Positions 13,601 to 26,915 of a stretch of 64,000 nt of DNA are shown here, piece after piece. The translations under genes and the position numbers were made by a program. Source of the stretch: Perna viridis (taxonomy: Eukaryota); the NCBI GenBank assembly GCA_037379345.1, contig CM074516.1, positions 24,552,001-24,616,000 of the forward strand, in the 5' to 3' direction. The first letter of the stretch is position 1, and every line of letters starts with the position of its first letter. The notes beneath the pieces are model-generated. The model ran no database searches. It saw only the letters and a program-made list of their open reading frames with translations, and was not told the origin of the DNA.

Positions 13601-14997
13601 TTTTTCTTTCAGTTAACGTAACAATGTATCAAAATTAGTGGTTTCCAATGTTTCCTGTGCTTAACTCACATCTCATATAAATCAGTTTTTAAATATGGTT
13701 TATATTGTGAATTCTCAAATATCCATTTCTTTATAATTTTATTTAACTTGCATTTGCATAATCTAAAGAAAAACACTTGATATTGCTATATTAAGGAAAT
13801 TACAATGCATTGCTGACTTAGGCGATTGGAACTGGCATGCAGATATTAAATTTACAATTTTAAAAATTATAGCGTTGATCATGAAAATATAAATAGTCAT
13901 TTTGTGCCATATGAATAAACGCTTGATAGGACGCCCTTCAATTTCGACTTTGTATTTGTATTATTTATCAAAAACTTTCATTACTTCAGTAATACTAAGA
14001 GTAAGTTCCTGTAGACGAATCTTGTTTTCTTTATATATTCGTTAGATAAATAAAATACAATATCTATGTCTTTGTCTGGATTGTGATACAGTAACAGCTT
14101 TTAACATTTTAATTTGACCTTTTACAATACTTAAGAACAATACTGCATGTGTAAAACAATACTTACAAATATTTGGTGAAATTGCTTTGTCAACTATGGT
14201 CATACTGATCTGTGTAGACAAAGGTTATTCTAATTCTAACTTTTTACTTTTCAATATTATACATAACCTATCCCACGATAAATTCAAAACCTGTCTAAAA
14301 GACACAAAGCATTTAAATGCAAGAATGGTTATTCCCACCGTCTATGTACTGGATTCCTAAACTCCACAGGAATCCATACAAACAACGTTTCATAGCTGGA
14401 TCTGCAAAATGTACCACTAAACCTCTTTCAAAACTTTTAACTTCTATACTCACAACTGTCAAAGAGGGTCTGCAGTCCTACAACAACACTTTTTACTCCT
14501 GTAGTGGTATTAGTTCAATGTGGATCCTGAAAAATTCGAAAGATCTTTTGCAGACAATCAGTTCAAGACTATTATCAGAATATAATAGCATTAAAACCTA
14601 TGATTTTTCAATACTGCATATTTTTATTCCCCATACTCAGTTAAAATCCCGACTTAAAAATACTATACATCGTTGTTTTTTTTTTCAAAAAAAGATGGCA
14701 CACCTAGATACAAATATATTGTTATTGGTAGAGATTCCTTTGTAAAACAAAATTCCAAATCATCTTCCAAATATACAGAGGAAAATGTTTACAAAATGCT
14801 GGAATTTTTAATTGACAACATATTTGTCCAGTGTAATGAACGAATTTTTCAAAAAACGGTACATGTATTCCAATGTGAACGAATTGTGCTTCTTTACTTG
14901 CTGACCTATTCCTTCACTCTTATGAGGCTGACTTTATAGCTGATCTGATCCGAAAGAAAGAATATCGTTTAACGAGAACCTTTAATCTCAGTTTCCG

Positions 14998-15057
<60 letters not shown>

Positions 15058-18000
15058 CGTATTATCTTTAAACTATCCTAATTTCGGGGATTTGATACAT
15101 CGCATCTACCCAAAAGTACTTGAGATAAAGGATACTACAGACACTGTGAAGTCAGCCTCATATCTTGACCTACACTTAGAAATCGATGGTAAAGGAAAAC
15201 TATTGACCAAACTTTACGACAAACGTGCTAACTTTTCATTCAGATTTGTCAACTTTCCTTTCATCTGTGGCAACATTCCTTCTGCACCTGCGTATGGAGT
15301 GTTCATATCACAACTCATACGTTATGCCAGAGCTTGCCGAAACTACGCAGACTTTTTTTTATCGCGCTAGAATTCTAACAAATAGGCTTCAGGAACAGGG
15401 TTATGTTGCTACAAGATTGAAGTCATCACTACAGAAATTTAATGGTCGTCATTATGAACTCGTGGATCGGTGTATCCATCTGCACCATGAAAACTGATTT
15501 GTTCAATGTGTCATAGTTTTCCTTTCCTCTTTCGTCTACCTCGGACTTGACCTATTATGAGCAACTCGGCGGGTGTTTCTAGAAAAGCAGAGGACGCTTA
15601 CTCTACCGGTGCACCTGGTCCATGCTCCCAGTTTTCAGTGTAGTCCGAGCTGCTCATTTACTTTTCTTACTTTGTATGAATGATTTTAGTTACTTTATGT
15701 TCTTTGTTGTTTATGTCGGTTTTTTATGTCTGGTCTTTGTCCCTGGATTACATTCTTTTGATTACCGCTATAACCTTGGTTCCTTGATTACTCTTTCTAC
15801 ATACGAAGGCTGGGAACAACTTAAAACCAATCAAATACCAATGTTCTTTTAATTTTCTATTTCAAAAACACGTTCTGCAATGTTATGCAATGAGGGTCCT
15901 GAGATGCATACAAATGTTGTTATATAACTGTAAATGAATTTCAGAAATAAGGGAAACAAGCTCTTAGTACAATTATTCAACGGACAGCTGACTAACATAG
16001 CTCTGAAATGTCTCTGAAAAGTTATTTAAATGTCTTATTTAAATGGATTTTCGTCCCAATAATCATTGCAAGATTCTACAAAAAACAGGAGGAACTTGTA
16101 TACGCTTTTCTAGTACTGGGTGGATAAAAATCTGATTTTGAGAATTACCGTGCACTCTTGCTAACAAGGAAAGATGAGTTGAGTTGAGACTCATATTGTT
16201 AGAATAATGAAATTTACAGTGGACTGTATTTTTGTTGAACTTGTCCTACAAATCTACACCTTGAAATAGCTGTTGAAACAGATTTTGCACCACTGTGAGG
16301 CCGGTTCCTTTATCCTTGTGACGCTATGTTTGTACCAGGGCGAAGTTCTAAAAATAAGGAGAAGCTAGTAGCTAGCACATTCCCTTAGTTTCAGTTTCCT
16401 TTATATATATGATGTCTTATTCCTGAATAAATATACTTCATTTAATCTATCCATATAAACTAAACATGACATCATATTCTGCTTCATACATAGATCTTAA
16501 CCTATACACGGATGATTCAGGACGAAGTTTTAAATGACAGACAAGATGAGTTTGATTTTAAATTGTAAACTTCCCCTGTTAAATTTCAGTGAGCAAACAT
16601 CTTCAGCCTGGCGAGTATATATTTCACAGTCGATCTGACCTTCCTACCTCACAGATGAAACAGGAATTATTTAGTTATATTTTACGTCTTACCTGATTGA
16701 CCATCCACATCACTTGATACATACTGAGTTTTACCGACGTGCAATGTGTCGAGTGCCTCTTTCTGAGCATGACATGCTTACCATTTATTGTCAACCTGAT
16801 GTTGCTCAAGCAACAATATGAAGATCTTCGACTTCTTTTTTTTTATCACGTTTTGTACTTAATTTTTTATGTCTCTGATTTGTTCTTCTATGTTGATGCT
16901 TCGATATATTTTTGCCGGTATTCTATAAATCTCTCTCATTTCAGAAAATAACATATTTAACTTCTGTGATGAATTTAAGCATAAGTCGAAATCAACGTTT
17001 CACCTAAAATACAAACAATACAAAGACAAAGACAAATTAATGGAACATACAAATTGTACCTGCAGTGCATCCACAAACACCGGTTACCTCCAGATTCAAG
17101 CAGTAGACATTCGTTTTCAAAGACCTGTATCAACAGGCATAACTGGAAGTTGTGAGGCTGCAGACTCCTTTCTTGAACTGGGGTCTACAGTATTAAATTG
17201 TACAACAAAAACGCTTCTCGGGGGCTACCAATCGATTTACAATTCGAGTGAAAACATGACCATATCACTTCATATACGAACTATACCACAGATGGTTTGG
17301 ATTGCTATAAAATGTAAGTTCATATTTTAATCGGGATCATTGCTAGCTCGGAAAATGTGTTCATGTACTTATTAAAATATTGGGAACAAGGCAATATTAA
17401 GTATTAACTTCATTTATTTTTACTGATAAACATTGGCATGATTATATAGTTTAGTTGTAACATACCTGATCTCTGTTGTGAATAACAAACTTACCAAAGC
17501 CGCTGCATTTATACTTTGTGTATTCAGTATGTGTGAATGTTAATCAATATTAATTAATTTGATGAATGGTGTTGCTATAAGTTTAGGTTAATGTTGAAAT
17601 TCTAGAACTATTATCAAATAGAAAATGACAAACATAAATACAAATGTGATTACTACTCATACATATTGTAATATTCTTGTTTGTGGTAGTAGTAATTGGA
17701 ATTTGGGTTGGTTAAAATCTAGAAACTTAGCAATATAAATACCATAATTTCCGAGTTGCTCATTTACTTTTGTTACTTTGTATGTATGATTTCAGTTACT
17801 TTATGTTCTTTGTTGTGTGTGTCTGTTTTCCATGTCTGGTCTGTGTCCCTGGATTACATTCTTTTGATTACCGCTATAACCTTGGTTCCATTGATTACTC
17901 TTGCACGATGCGGATAATAGATTCTAATGGTTTAAATAAAAAGTATATTGTTGTATTTATTTGAATAGAACGTTCTAGTGTTCTATTTCAAGCATACTTT

Positions 18001-21000
18001 GATACATTCATTTTACTATATAAATGAGCAATTCTGTGTCAGTAACTTAATGGAATTCCAATAATATGAAATATTCAATGATACTAAATTATTCAATCAT
18101 GCAATAATACCTGTACATGTATTTATATTTTGTAACACAAGTCACGGTTTTGAAACTATTCATATCGATTCTTTTTCGAACACCGAGCTAGTTAGGTATC
18201 CGTTCAATCAATGCACAAATTGTTCCTCTTCTGTTGTATTTTTATTTCCTCAGTTTTGTTTTTTCTGTGAAAAACCTTTCGCTTGACGTCATGGTATTCC
18301 TACATCTACAATGTATTGAAATTATCTTTAATAATTTAGAGTATATTGTATCGCTTATTACACAGCCACTGATGAAGCCGAAGTCGACATCTCTTGTCAA
18401 AGTAATAAGAAGACAACAACAACTGACATGCCAACAACGATATCAGCTACACATTCAACTATTGACAAAACAACTCACAAACGAAACCAATCTACGCCAC
18501 AGTCTGTATCAACCACAGCAATGGAAAAGACTAGTGCAAAAGCCAGTACAGACAAAATAACACCCTTATCAACAAGTATGTCAAAACTCTTCATTCGCAA
18601 AACATATTTCCCCAGATAGGTAAACATATTTTTATGAAATAAACTACATTACAATCTTTGAATTTTGTGAACGTGACAAATCTCTTTTTAAACTCATAAA
18701 CTTGTGGATCGCAATATCGTCTCTGGTGCCAAACGTTCGTGAGTATATATTTCAATTTGTAGATAGTTGAAATGGTAATCAAAGGGAACCAAGGTTCTAG
18801 TGAAAACATGGTAATATCCTACATGGCTTTTTCCTGCAATTTGTTTACATGTATTTTAAACTTCGTATTTGTTATTAATAATTTGATTATTTTAGGCAAG
18901 TAATACCAACACAATATAAAAATACCAAAATACAAAACACGAAATCGATATAAATAATTTTGTCCGTCCTTTTAAAGTAATAAACAAATTTAATTAGATA
19001 TTACATGAAATATTTGGTCAAATTATGAAGTAATTCTTCAATGAGTTATCTTGAATTATACCCGTAGGGTAAACCGTGCAGGCTCTTATGTTCAAGTAAA
19101 GAATCTGTGTTCAAAGATACGATGAAATACCAAAACATGAAATAGTTTATCTTGCAATATGCCATTTTTACATGTTATTGTATGCTCCATCTTCCTACGC
19201 GTAGACATATATCCTATGTCTGTGATTATAGGTATATGTACAGGCATGCAGTTTCTTCGCGTCTAGGTTGTTTTGTTTGGTATTTAAATATTTGGTATTT
19301 ATCTATGCATGTTTGGTAATCAAGGTGTGTGTAAAAAGTTTGCTTTTCCAGTGACACAACATAATTAATACAAATAATTAATATCAATTTAATTAATAAT
19401 TAAAACATAATTTGTACACCCAAACTACTGTTTGGCAAATTGTTGTCATGTTTGTTGCGTTTCATTTAAAATTAAATAAATTTAACAAACGAAGAATCAT
19501 ATCATCGTGCCATGAAAGGCCACAAATGTGGGCGCTTAGCACTTCAATTCTCCAAACTGAAACTAACTGCATACAAAGAATCTGCGTTCAAAGATGAAAT
19601 AGTTTATCCTAAATTCACAGTATTTTCACGAGTGCATGGTAATGGTTTGATTAATTAGTAAATATAACTGTTATATGCTCTTGAAATAACCAAGTACATA
19701 GAAGAACGTTATGTTTTGCATACCAGTAAGAATTATGATAATTATTTACAATCCTTAACAGTTCCTATTTTGAGATTATTTTACAGGAAATGAAGAAGAC
19801 ACATATGATGAAGCAGTTATCGCCCTTGCCAGTGCAGGAATACTCATTGTGCTTATACTCATATGCGGTGTTGTTAGTGCAAGAAATAAATGGAAAAAAG
19901 AAAGGTAGAGTTAGTTTTGAAACAGATATTATTAAGTCAACACTTTACAAAAATTTCCACAACTTCTAATACTGTTACTGTATAAACATTCAAAACTGAC
20001 CAAGCAATTTTTCAATGAATCCTTGAATGTACCCGGATACGAGCTTTAAATAAATCGTAATTTGTTCATGAGCGACATAAAGGATAGCTATGGCAAATGT
20101 CATATGCAAAACCCATTTTCCTTGATATAGACAGAACGATAAAAAGCACAGAGACAAAAAGTGTATAAAACAAAATATAAAAGTCAACTACAAAAAGCTC
20201 AAGAAGGCCAAAAAGAAAGGGAAATTTGGACTCGAATAATTAAATATGTCATCATCATTGTGAAAGTTAAATGATTGTTATCCTTGGCTTGTTTATTCAT
20301 TTTCGTAGTGAGAACTTTTAAGATTTCCTTTTTATAGATCAAAGAAACACGTCCAGGAATCAGACAGGAATAAGTTACGTCAACCGCAGATCATTCCTAG
20401 ATCTTTAAATGGAGCAAAGGTAATACATTACGACAAAACCATAACTGATCTACATAATGCAAAGCCGTTGAAAGACATTCCTGCATCGGTGAACTATTCA
20501 ATGATCACAAAACCAAACAGGAAAATAAAAGTGGAAGACGGCGTCCAACGAACTGCTGTGGAACTGGTAGAGTCGTTACATTCGGAACCTCGAAATGACT
20601 ACAACCACTTAGCTTTTAAAAATTCCAGCAGCTCAACTGAGCTATTTGAAAATGATAACAAATACGATCATGCAATACCGACAAAGGCATCAAGGTCAGT
20701 AAAAACCTCTATGTATGATCACGTGCAACTTGAAAGTTCACTATCTAGTTATCAAGAGGATCTAAAAGTAACACAAAATACAATATCAAGATGTGACCAA
20801 GGTGAGGTAAATTTGGAACAAACAACATGTGACTTTATCAACCCTTACGTCGATGACGTAGTCGCACAAGGAATAAAAAGTCAACGAGACTTCATGAAAT
20901 CACAAACCTCCATTGATAAGACAATGACAGATATGGTAAATCTTGCTCAAGACTGGGCCTTTACAAGTAATGATGATAAACATAAAACCGACAGATATGA

Positions 21001-21010
21001 CCTATTTTGA
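10607..21010 (+). CDS. Single-pass membrane receptor (586 aa): signal peptide, Cys-rich SUEL-lectin-like domain, CUB-like domain, Ser/Thr stalk, TM, Tyr-motif-rich tail
   Basis: join(10607..10670,11163..11489,16945..17313,18366..18575,19787..19904,20338..21010). All junctions GT-AG, phases 1,1,1,1,2; 1761 nt, open. TM AVIALASAGILIVLILICGVVSA is followed by RNKWKK. Domain names are by Cys pattern only (exon 2 ends VHVSYSC). Confidence 0.8.
12278..12500 (+). mobile_element. Penelope-like element 3' UTR fragment
   Basis: AACTCGGCGGGTG...CACCTGGTCCATGCT...CCGAGTTGCTCATTTACTTTT matches 15557-15795. Confidence 0.75.
12905..13110 (-). mobile_element. Diverged Penelope-like element 3' UTR fragment (antisense)
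   Basis: Reverse complement contains AGAAAGCAGAGGACGCC...GGTCCATGCTC...CTTGGTTCCCTTGATTAC, as in the + strand copies. Confidence 0.65.
14330..15795 (+). mobile_element. Penelope-like retroelement RT (5'-truncated, frameshifted; no C-terminal GIY-YIG, so Naiad-like by inference)
   Basis: YWIPKLHRNPYKQRFIAGS, KTYDFS..IPH, FLIDNIFV, SYLDL, YDKR..F..VNFP...GNIPSAPAYGVFISQLIRYARAC. The ORF ends shortly after the thumb region; the element ends GATTACTCTT. Confidence 0.85.
14999..15054. repeat. (TA)28 microsatellite inside the RT YIDD codons
   Basis: TTCCGC-(TA)28-TGACGTATTA. Confidence 0.95.
16040..16640 (+). mobile_element. Older, highly decayed Penelope-like RT remnant (probably continuous with 14245-14300)
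   Basis: Colinear traces of FLVLG, VDCIFV, APL, FSF.YI.DVL, ASYIDL, D.F.F.IVNFP and YISQ motifs. Confidence 0.55.
17750..17903 (+). mobile_element. Penelope-like element extreme 3' fragment
   Basis: TCCGAGTTGCTCATTTAC...GATTACTCTT, near-identical to 15644-15795. Confidence 0.85.
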
Positions 21011-24000
21011 TTATATCCACTTAGTGTTAATGTTCATTAATATTATTTCTACATGCACTTTATGGACAGGGAAAATGTTTTTAGTGTACTTAAACTTCTA
21101 TAACTTTTCTTACTATTCGGAAGTCTTATCTAAGACAAACTCGATCTTCGTTATATGGATGGATCCTAATGATGCAATACATCGTACCATGATCAAAACT
21201 TTCTTAACTAGGGTGTTTCGTTGTACTTAGAACGAAATAGAAATACTTGTTATTTGCCTTCAATTCGCTATATTTAGATATATCAACGGCAGACGTTGTT
21301 ACCATTATAACTACGTGACGAGTATTGCATCTCATCTTCAAAATTCTACATACTAGTATATAACATTATGATTTTTTACACAAATACCAATCTGTTGGAT
21401 TTTCATGAAAAACTGAGGTTAGAGTTTGATCATTTGTAAATTGTGATGGTGTAAACATTTGATGTTGAGTGTTTGTGATTATTAACTTCTTTCTGAATCA
21501 ATGCAAATGTTCATCTAACATTTGACTTTCATAAGTACGACGCATTATAGAGTGTAATTCAATAACGATGTGGACAAGAATATGATATTGATTGTTCGTG
21601 TGTATACAACGGCTGAAAAAGAAATGCAAAATCATGTGGGTTTGTTTTTAATTTGTTTTTATTTTATTTAATTTAATCAAACATGTTTTGTGTATTTGCT
21701 TGTAATCATCTTCAGTTTATAGTGCTGGATGAGTTTGTGCTTTGTTTTAATTGATTTTATAGTTATTATGCTTGCTGTTTTCTTTTTCTTGATTGTTCTT
21801 TGGTGTGACTTTTCATGTTGTATATAACTTATCCGTGTTTCATTTAATTTGGTAAGTAAATGTTTAGTTCTCAATTTGTGCTATACGGTTATTGATTACG
21901 CTTATGAAGTTGATATAGTATAATAACATATGTATGGTCACAAAATGTTCATGAAAGTCTGCAAATGTGTACGTTTAAAAATGTATGTTAATTTTGAAAT
22001 AAAGTATCTTTTTGTCTATATGTTCTTAATGTGCCTCTAAACCATGGTGATTTGTTTCCCTTAAATTGAAATGTATATTTATTTCAAAATACAAAAACGA
22101 AAGAATGAATAAACAGAGACAAAAGAAACCACGAACAGCATACTGAAAAGAGCATTTCAAAATAAAAAAAACAAATTAATATAATTCTAAAACTTATATC
22201 AAATAGGCAACCTCGACCCCAACAATGAAACTAGACGTATGGATTATCTGCTCCGGTAGGGTTGTCATTTGGTTTTGTTTCTGTTGTTTTTTTTGTGTTT
22301 TGTTTTGTATTGTTTGTTTTGTTGTGATATTGTTTTTGTTTTCGTTTTCTTTTTCTGTGTTTTTGTTTGTTTATTTTTTTTTTTCATACAAAAAGAGATA
22401 AACAACGTGCTGAATATTAAACCAATAATTCATGATGGTGTAGAATTGTTTCGAAATGATGACTATGAAGAGATAACTATAATGTTGAGATGGCATAATT
22501 TGTTCAAAATTGTTGTGTCTGTCACAACTACGACAAGCTGTTATACAAGATTAAATTCCAAATCATAAGCATTTGGAATGTTTCAATAATAAAGGGAACT
22601 TAACGTTACGGAATGTTGTCATCAAATTTCTGTTGTCACTTCAAAATTTAAAGATTAGAATTATTCAAGTCGTGCCAAAAGTGAGTCCGGTTTTCATTTC
22701 ACTTTCTGTGCAAAATAACAGTTTTCATAATAAAACTCTTGGGAAGCCATTTCATCACCAACTTTGTATTTCTTTTTTTTTGTGATTTTTTCTTCTGAGG
22801 AGAAATGGCGTAAAATATACTAATTCCACCCCCCAAAAATGTCTTGACTGGCTTTGCTTGGCCTTTAGTTCTATTCACACCTCCCTAACCAGGAATCCTG
22901 GATCCGTTCCCTCTGCATATTGGATATGAATTGTCATTTTACATTGTTTATCCAATAAAGTCATTAGTATTGCGGGAAATTAATCATTAACTGTATGTGT
23001 ATGAAGTGAGAATGGACACGTAGCAGCCATTAAAACTTAAGCAAAATTTGATATAATTTTTGGCATACATATGTTGTGCAGCCCATGGTAAAATAATGAT
23101 AAAGTGAAGTTTCCATAATTCATTTCGATTCTAATAGGACTAGTTTCTTCATGTTTTTTTAATAGACGCAGCCAATGCGTTCCACGAAATGTTGGTCATG
23201 TGTTTATCGCTTTTTGGGTTTTCAATCCTTCAGGATAAAAATACCTTATGTCGCCGGTCCACCACTGGAATTTCCATACTAGTTCTGAACACTACACAAA
23301 AGTATAGTCCAAATGTAATTTCTTTTATATCATTCAATACCTATTTTATAACCAGTAAATATGTTTCTTGCAATTATTCAGCTCAAAAATATTCCTTTAT
23401 TTCTGCAAACAAATTTAATGTCGTCGTTATATCAACTGATAATATTGAGCGGGTCCATTTTGGCATTAAAAGATATTTAGTAATAAATTTGCATTTAGGG
23501 AATTTAGTTATTGCAGCAATGTGCCAAGAAGTATAAAATGTGTTAAGATTGTTCCATTCAACACACTTTTCAGACAAATTTTTCATCATATCATTAATAT
23601 TGTACCATTGATAAACAGGAAGTGAAGAGCAGTGATTTTAACCAAGTAAAATTGGCGGAAAAATTTAAATTGATCCTTTCAAAGTGTCTAGTTTTTTAAA
23701 ATATTCTGTTCACCAACTAAGTTATTTTCTTAAGCTGAAATTAGTTTTATTTGAGTATACTTACAATGTATGATAAACACTCTGTTAATATAGTTTTTGA
23801 ATGTAAATGCAATTAAACTTTTTGACAGATCTAAAAATTTGGAAAAAAGGTGAAATGGAACTAATTTGTAAATGTGTGTGAGGTATGATCAGTAGAATGG
23901 ATGACATTCAGTTTAAACATATTAGGAAAAAACAATTCTTAATGATATGTAATTTATTTTACATCATGTAATCTTTTAAATTTTGTTCATGCTACAATTT

Positions 24001-26027
24001 TCACACGAATCAAAATCTCCAGTGCTAACAGCACTTTGATTTGCCATGGTTGTGATTTTTGAAGCACGTCATATCAGAATATACCTCAACATTTACCTTA
24101 TCGTAGGTTGTGGCACAAAAATTAGTTCAGTAAATAGTCAGTTGATGCTCACTCTGGGGATTTTTCTGTGCGTGTATGAATAAAATTGTATAGATATTTA
24201 CAACTAGTTGAAATAGACTAGTTCCAATTTCAAAACAAATCTTGGTAGGCTACTGAGTAGTTTAAATAGCTCTCTAAGTAGATATCTGCCCTACATTATA
24301 CCAATGTGTCCTACTTAACTGTCTCAGAACACCTGTGTGATCTTTTGGACACTGCCTTTTAAGTTTGAATAGCTTATTTTTACGTCTTGTAATCAATTAA
24401 ATTACATGATGTAAAATGTCAATTATGATGAGCTTAGCCTCTGAAGGTCAAGTAAATTCACCTCACTGAGGCCATTTAAATCATTGTTAAATTTTCTATA
24501 CTGGTACATTTTTAGGGCGTCTTGTATATACACAGTCACTGTAAACAGAAGAAAAAAATGAAAAGATACTAGTATTTACAATCACTTTACCACATTTCTT
24601 AAACAACTTTCTTTTTATAAAAAATGTTTAATATTTATAAGATCCTTAGAATGACTGGTGCATGCATTTATATCGCAAACTGAAAACATGGCCATTTTGC
24701 AAAAGTGTAATGAATGTTACCATAACTTTAAGCTCTTAAAACTACTTCAGCCAGAACGAATCTCAGTTTAACAATGTATGAGCATCAAATTCTTTTTAAA
24801 AGAAGTTTCAGCATTCAGTTCAATTAAGTAATTGATACTAAAAATAGGCTTGGTCTATGAATATTTAAATTAAATGAACAGTGTTATTCAATCAGAAACA
24901 AGTAAATCACTTGTGTATCGAATACAAGCTACCTAAACACAGTTGTGGATGGTATAATATTGAGGTTAAGGTTATCATATATTGTAGGGCAGGTTTCTAC
25001 CTAGAGATCTATTTAAATTACTGGCCTACATAAATTAGTGTTGAAATTGGAACTGGTCTTTTTCAATTAGCTGTAATTGATAAAAAAAAAACGAGACCAA
25101 CCACAGTTTCACCATGCATGGTTTTCGTCTGTTCCTGGATATTGTTGCACAATGTCCCATTTCGAGAAATAAAGTGCCGTGATTGCATTCTGTGAAATGT
25201 TATAATAAACGTATAATTTTCATTAAAACAAAACTTATGAAAATATATTTCCCTGCCACCTGTTTACTTTTATATTAAAGCAAGTACTCATAATTAATTT
25301 GAATCGGATTAATACATGAATGGTTACAGAAATAAATAAGATGGTAGTTCCAAAAAAAAGAAGCAACACCGTTTAGCCAGATCCTTTGGTCACAGTTTCT
25401 GCTATATGTAGATGACGTGTACTCTCATCTTTCCCACATAGCTTGAGATGAAGGGGACTCCGGACATAAAGTCGGCCCAATAACTTCCTTTTCATCTGTG
25501 ACAACCGGCGTTTTGAATTTGCGGTGATTTGCATTACACTAGCGTCGATTTTTTTTTCTTTCACTTGCACCGATTTTGTTTTCTTTCACTTGCGCCAAAT
25601 TGTTTTTTTCTTCCATAGGCCATGAACCATTGTTTCCCCCTTTGTGCCAAATTGTTTTCTCATTACATTACAGTTGAATAAATTTAATTTTCAATTAAGA
25701 TATTTTATTTCTTTATTGATCAATATCAATAGATACCTATTATGTTTGCCAGTTATATGCATATTTATTATCAGTATTTTTATATTTTTATATATATAAC
25801 TGTTGCCCCCTGCTCACCACGAGGAGCCGGGTTCCGGTATGATTTCAACAGTAAAGAACACTTATATAGTGAAAATCCGCTTAATCTCTGAACATATCAC
25901 TATTTAAAATCTTTGAAGTTTATAAAATATGTGCCCCATCCCTTCAGTACCTGCGTACACGTTCACTCAAACTTGCAGAAACTACATGGACTTTTTGTAC
26001 CGTGCTTTACTTCTTACAATTTGGCTT

Positions 26028-26442
26028 CTGGAATTAACGGTTATTTTGCTACAATATTAAAATCATCGCTACAAAAGTTTAATTGTCGTTATAATGAACT
26101 CGTGGATGGGTACCATGTATTCATCTGCACCGTGAGAACCGATTTGTTCACAAATACATAATTTCCCTTTCCTCTTTCGTTTATCGTGGACGTAAAATTT
26201 CAATTATGAAACTCTGCTGGTGTTTCTAGAAAACCAGAGGACGTTTACCCAACCGATGCACCCGGTCCATAGCTTTGATTATTTTAGTGGCGTCCGAGTT
26301 ACTCATTTACTTTTGTGTCATTTTTACACACTTTTGGTTGCATGTTCTTCGTTGTGTGTGTCTATTCTCCTTGTCTAGTATTTATCCTTGGAATATATAT
26401 TTTGGGTTTTTTTTCTCGAATCTTGATTCCTTGGTATCTCTT
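26028..26442 (+). mobile_element. Penelope-like 3' fragment (duplicate of 683-1098)
   Basis: Same sequence as 683-1098 within the duplicated block. Confidence 0.8.
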
Positions 26443-26915
26443 CAATCCTATTTTGCTCAATTTTACCCACATTTTGCCAAAAAATTACAATTGAAAATTT
26501 TCCAATACAAAATGGAATCCAACGTATTCCTTAAACACCTTTGATCAGCTACTGCATTAATAACTTAAGTTGTTTGACAACTAGGAGGTACTTAAGGAAT
26601 GGATGTTATTTTTTTTTCGGTCTATGAAGAAAAAACCTCAATCACGCGGTGCTCACAAAATAACCTGCGTAGCCGGTTAATTTATGGTGGGCACGACGGA
26701 CACTAAACTTGTAGATGAAAATGAGGCCAAATTGGAAAATCGAGACGACTTGTGTTAAAATACCTTATTTTATGAGACATATGTATGCAGAAAATATAGA
26801 ACGCATTAGTCGAATTCCATTTCCTGATCAAAAAGATAGTGTGGGTCTGACGATTTTTGAAGTCGAATCTATCGACATCATCGCTTGAAGCAGCTTTGAT
26901 TCAGCTTACATCAAA

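Noticed and set aside
15557-15657. SECIS element / selenoprotein RT (reported for some Naiad elements)
   Set aside because: The ATGA is Watson-Crick paired to TCAT, with no GA/GA quartet or correctly spaced apical AA. The TGA near 14876 falls at a Gly position of the GIPMG motif (AGA in the other copy), so it is decay.
18234-18560. 108-aa ORF from the track
   Set aside because: Off-frame shadow of receptor exon 4 plus intron.
22269-22568. Hydrophobic membrane-like ORF
   Set aside because: Artefact of a T-rich low-complexity tract.
23189-23589. Overlapping ORFs or possible minus-strand exons
   Set aside because: No recognisable family and no consistent exon chain; stops in candidate exons.
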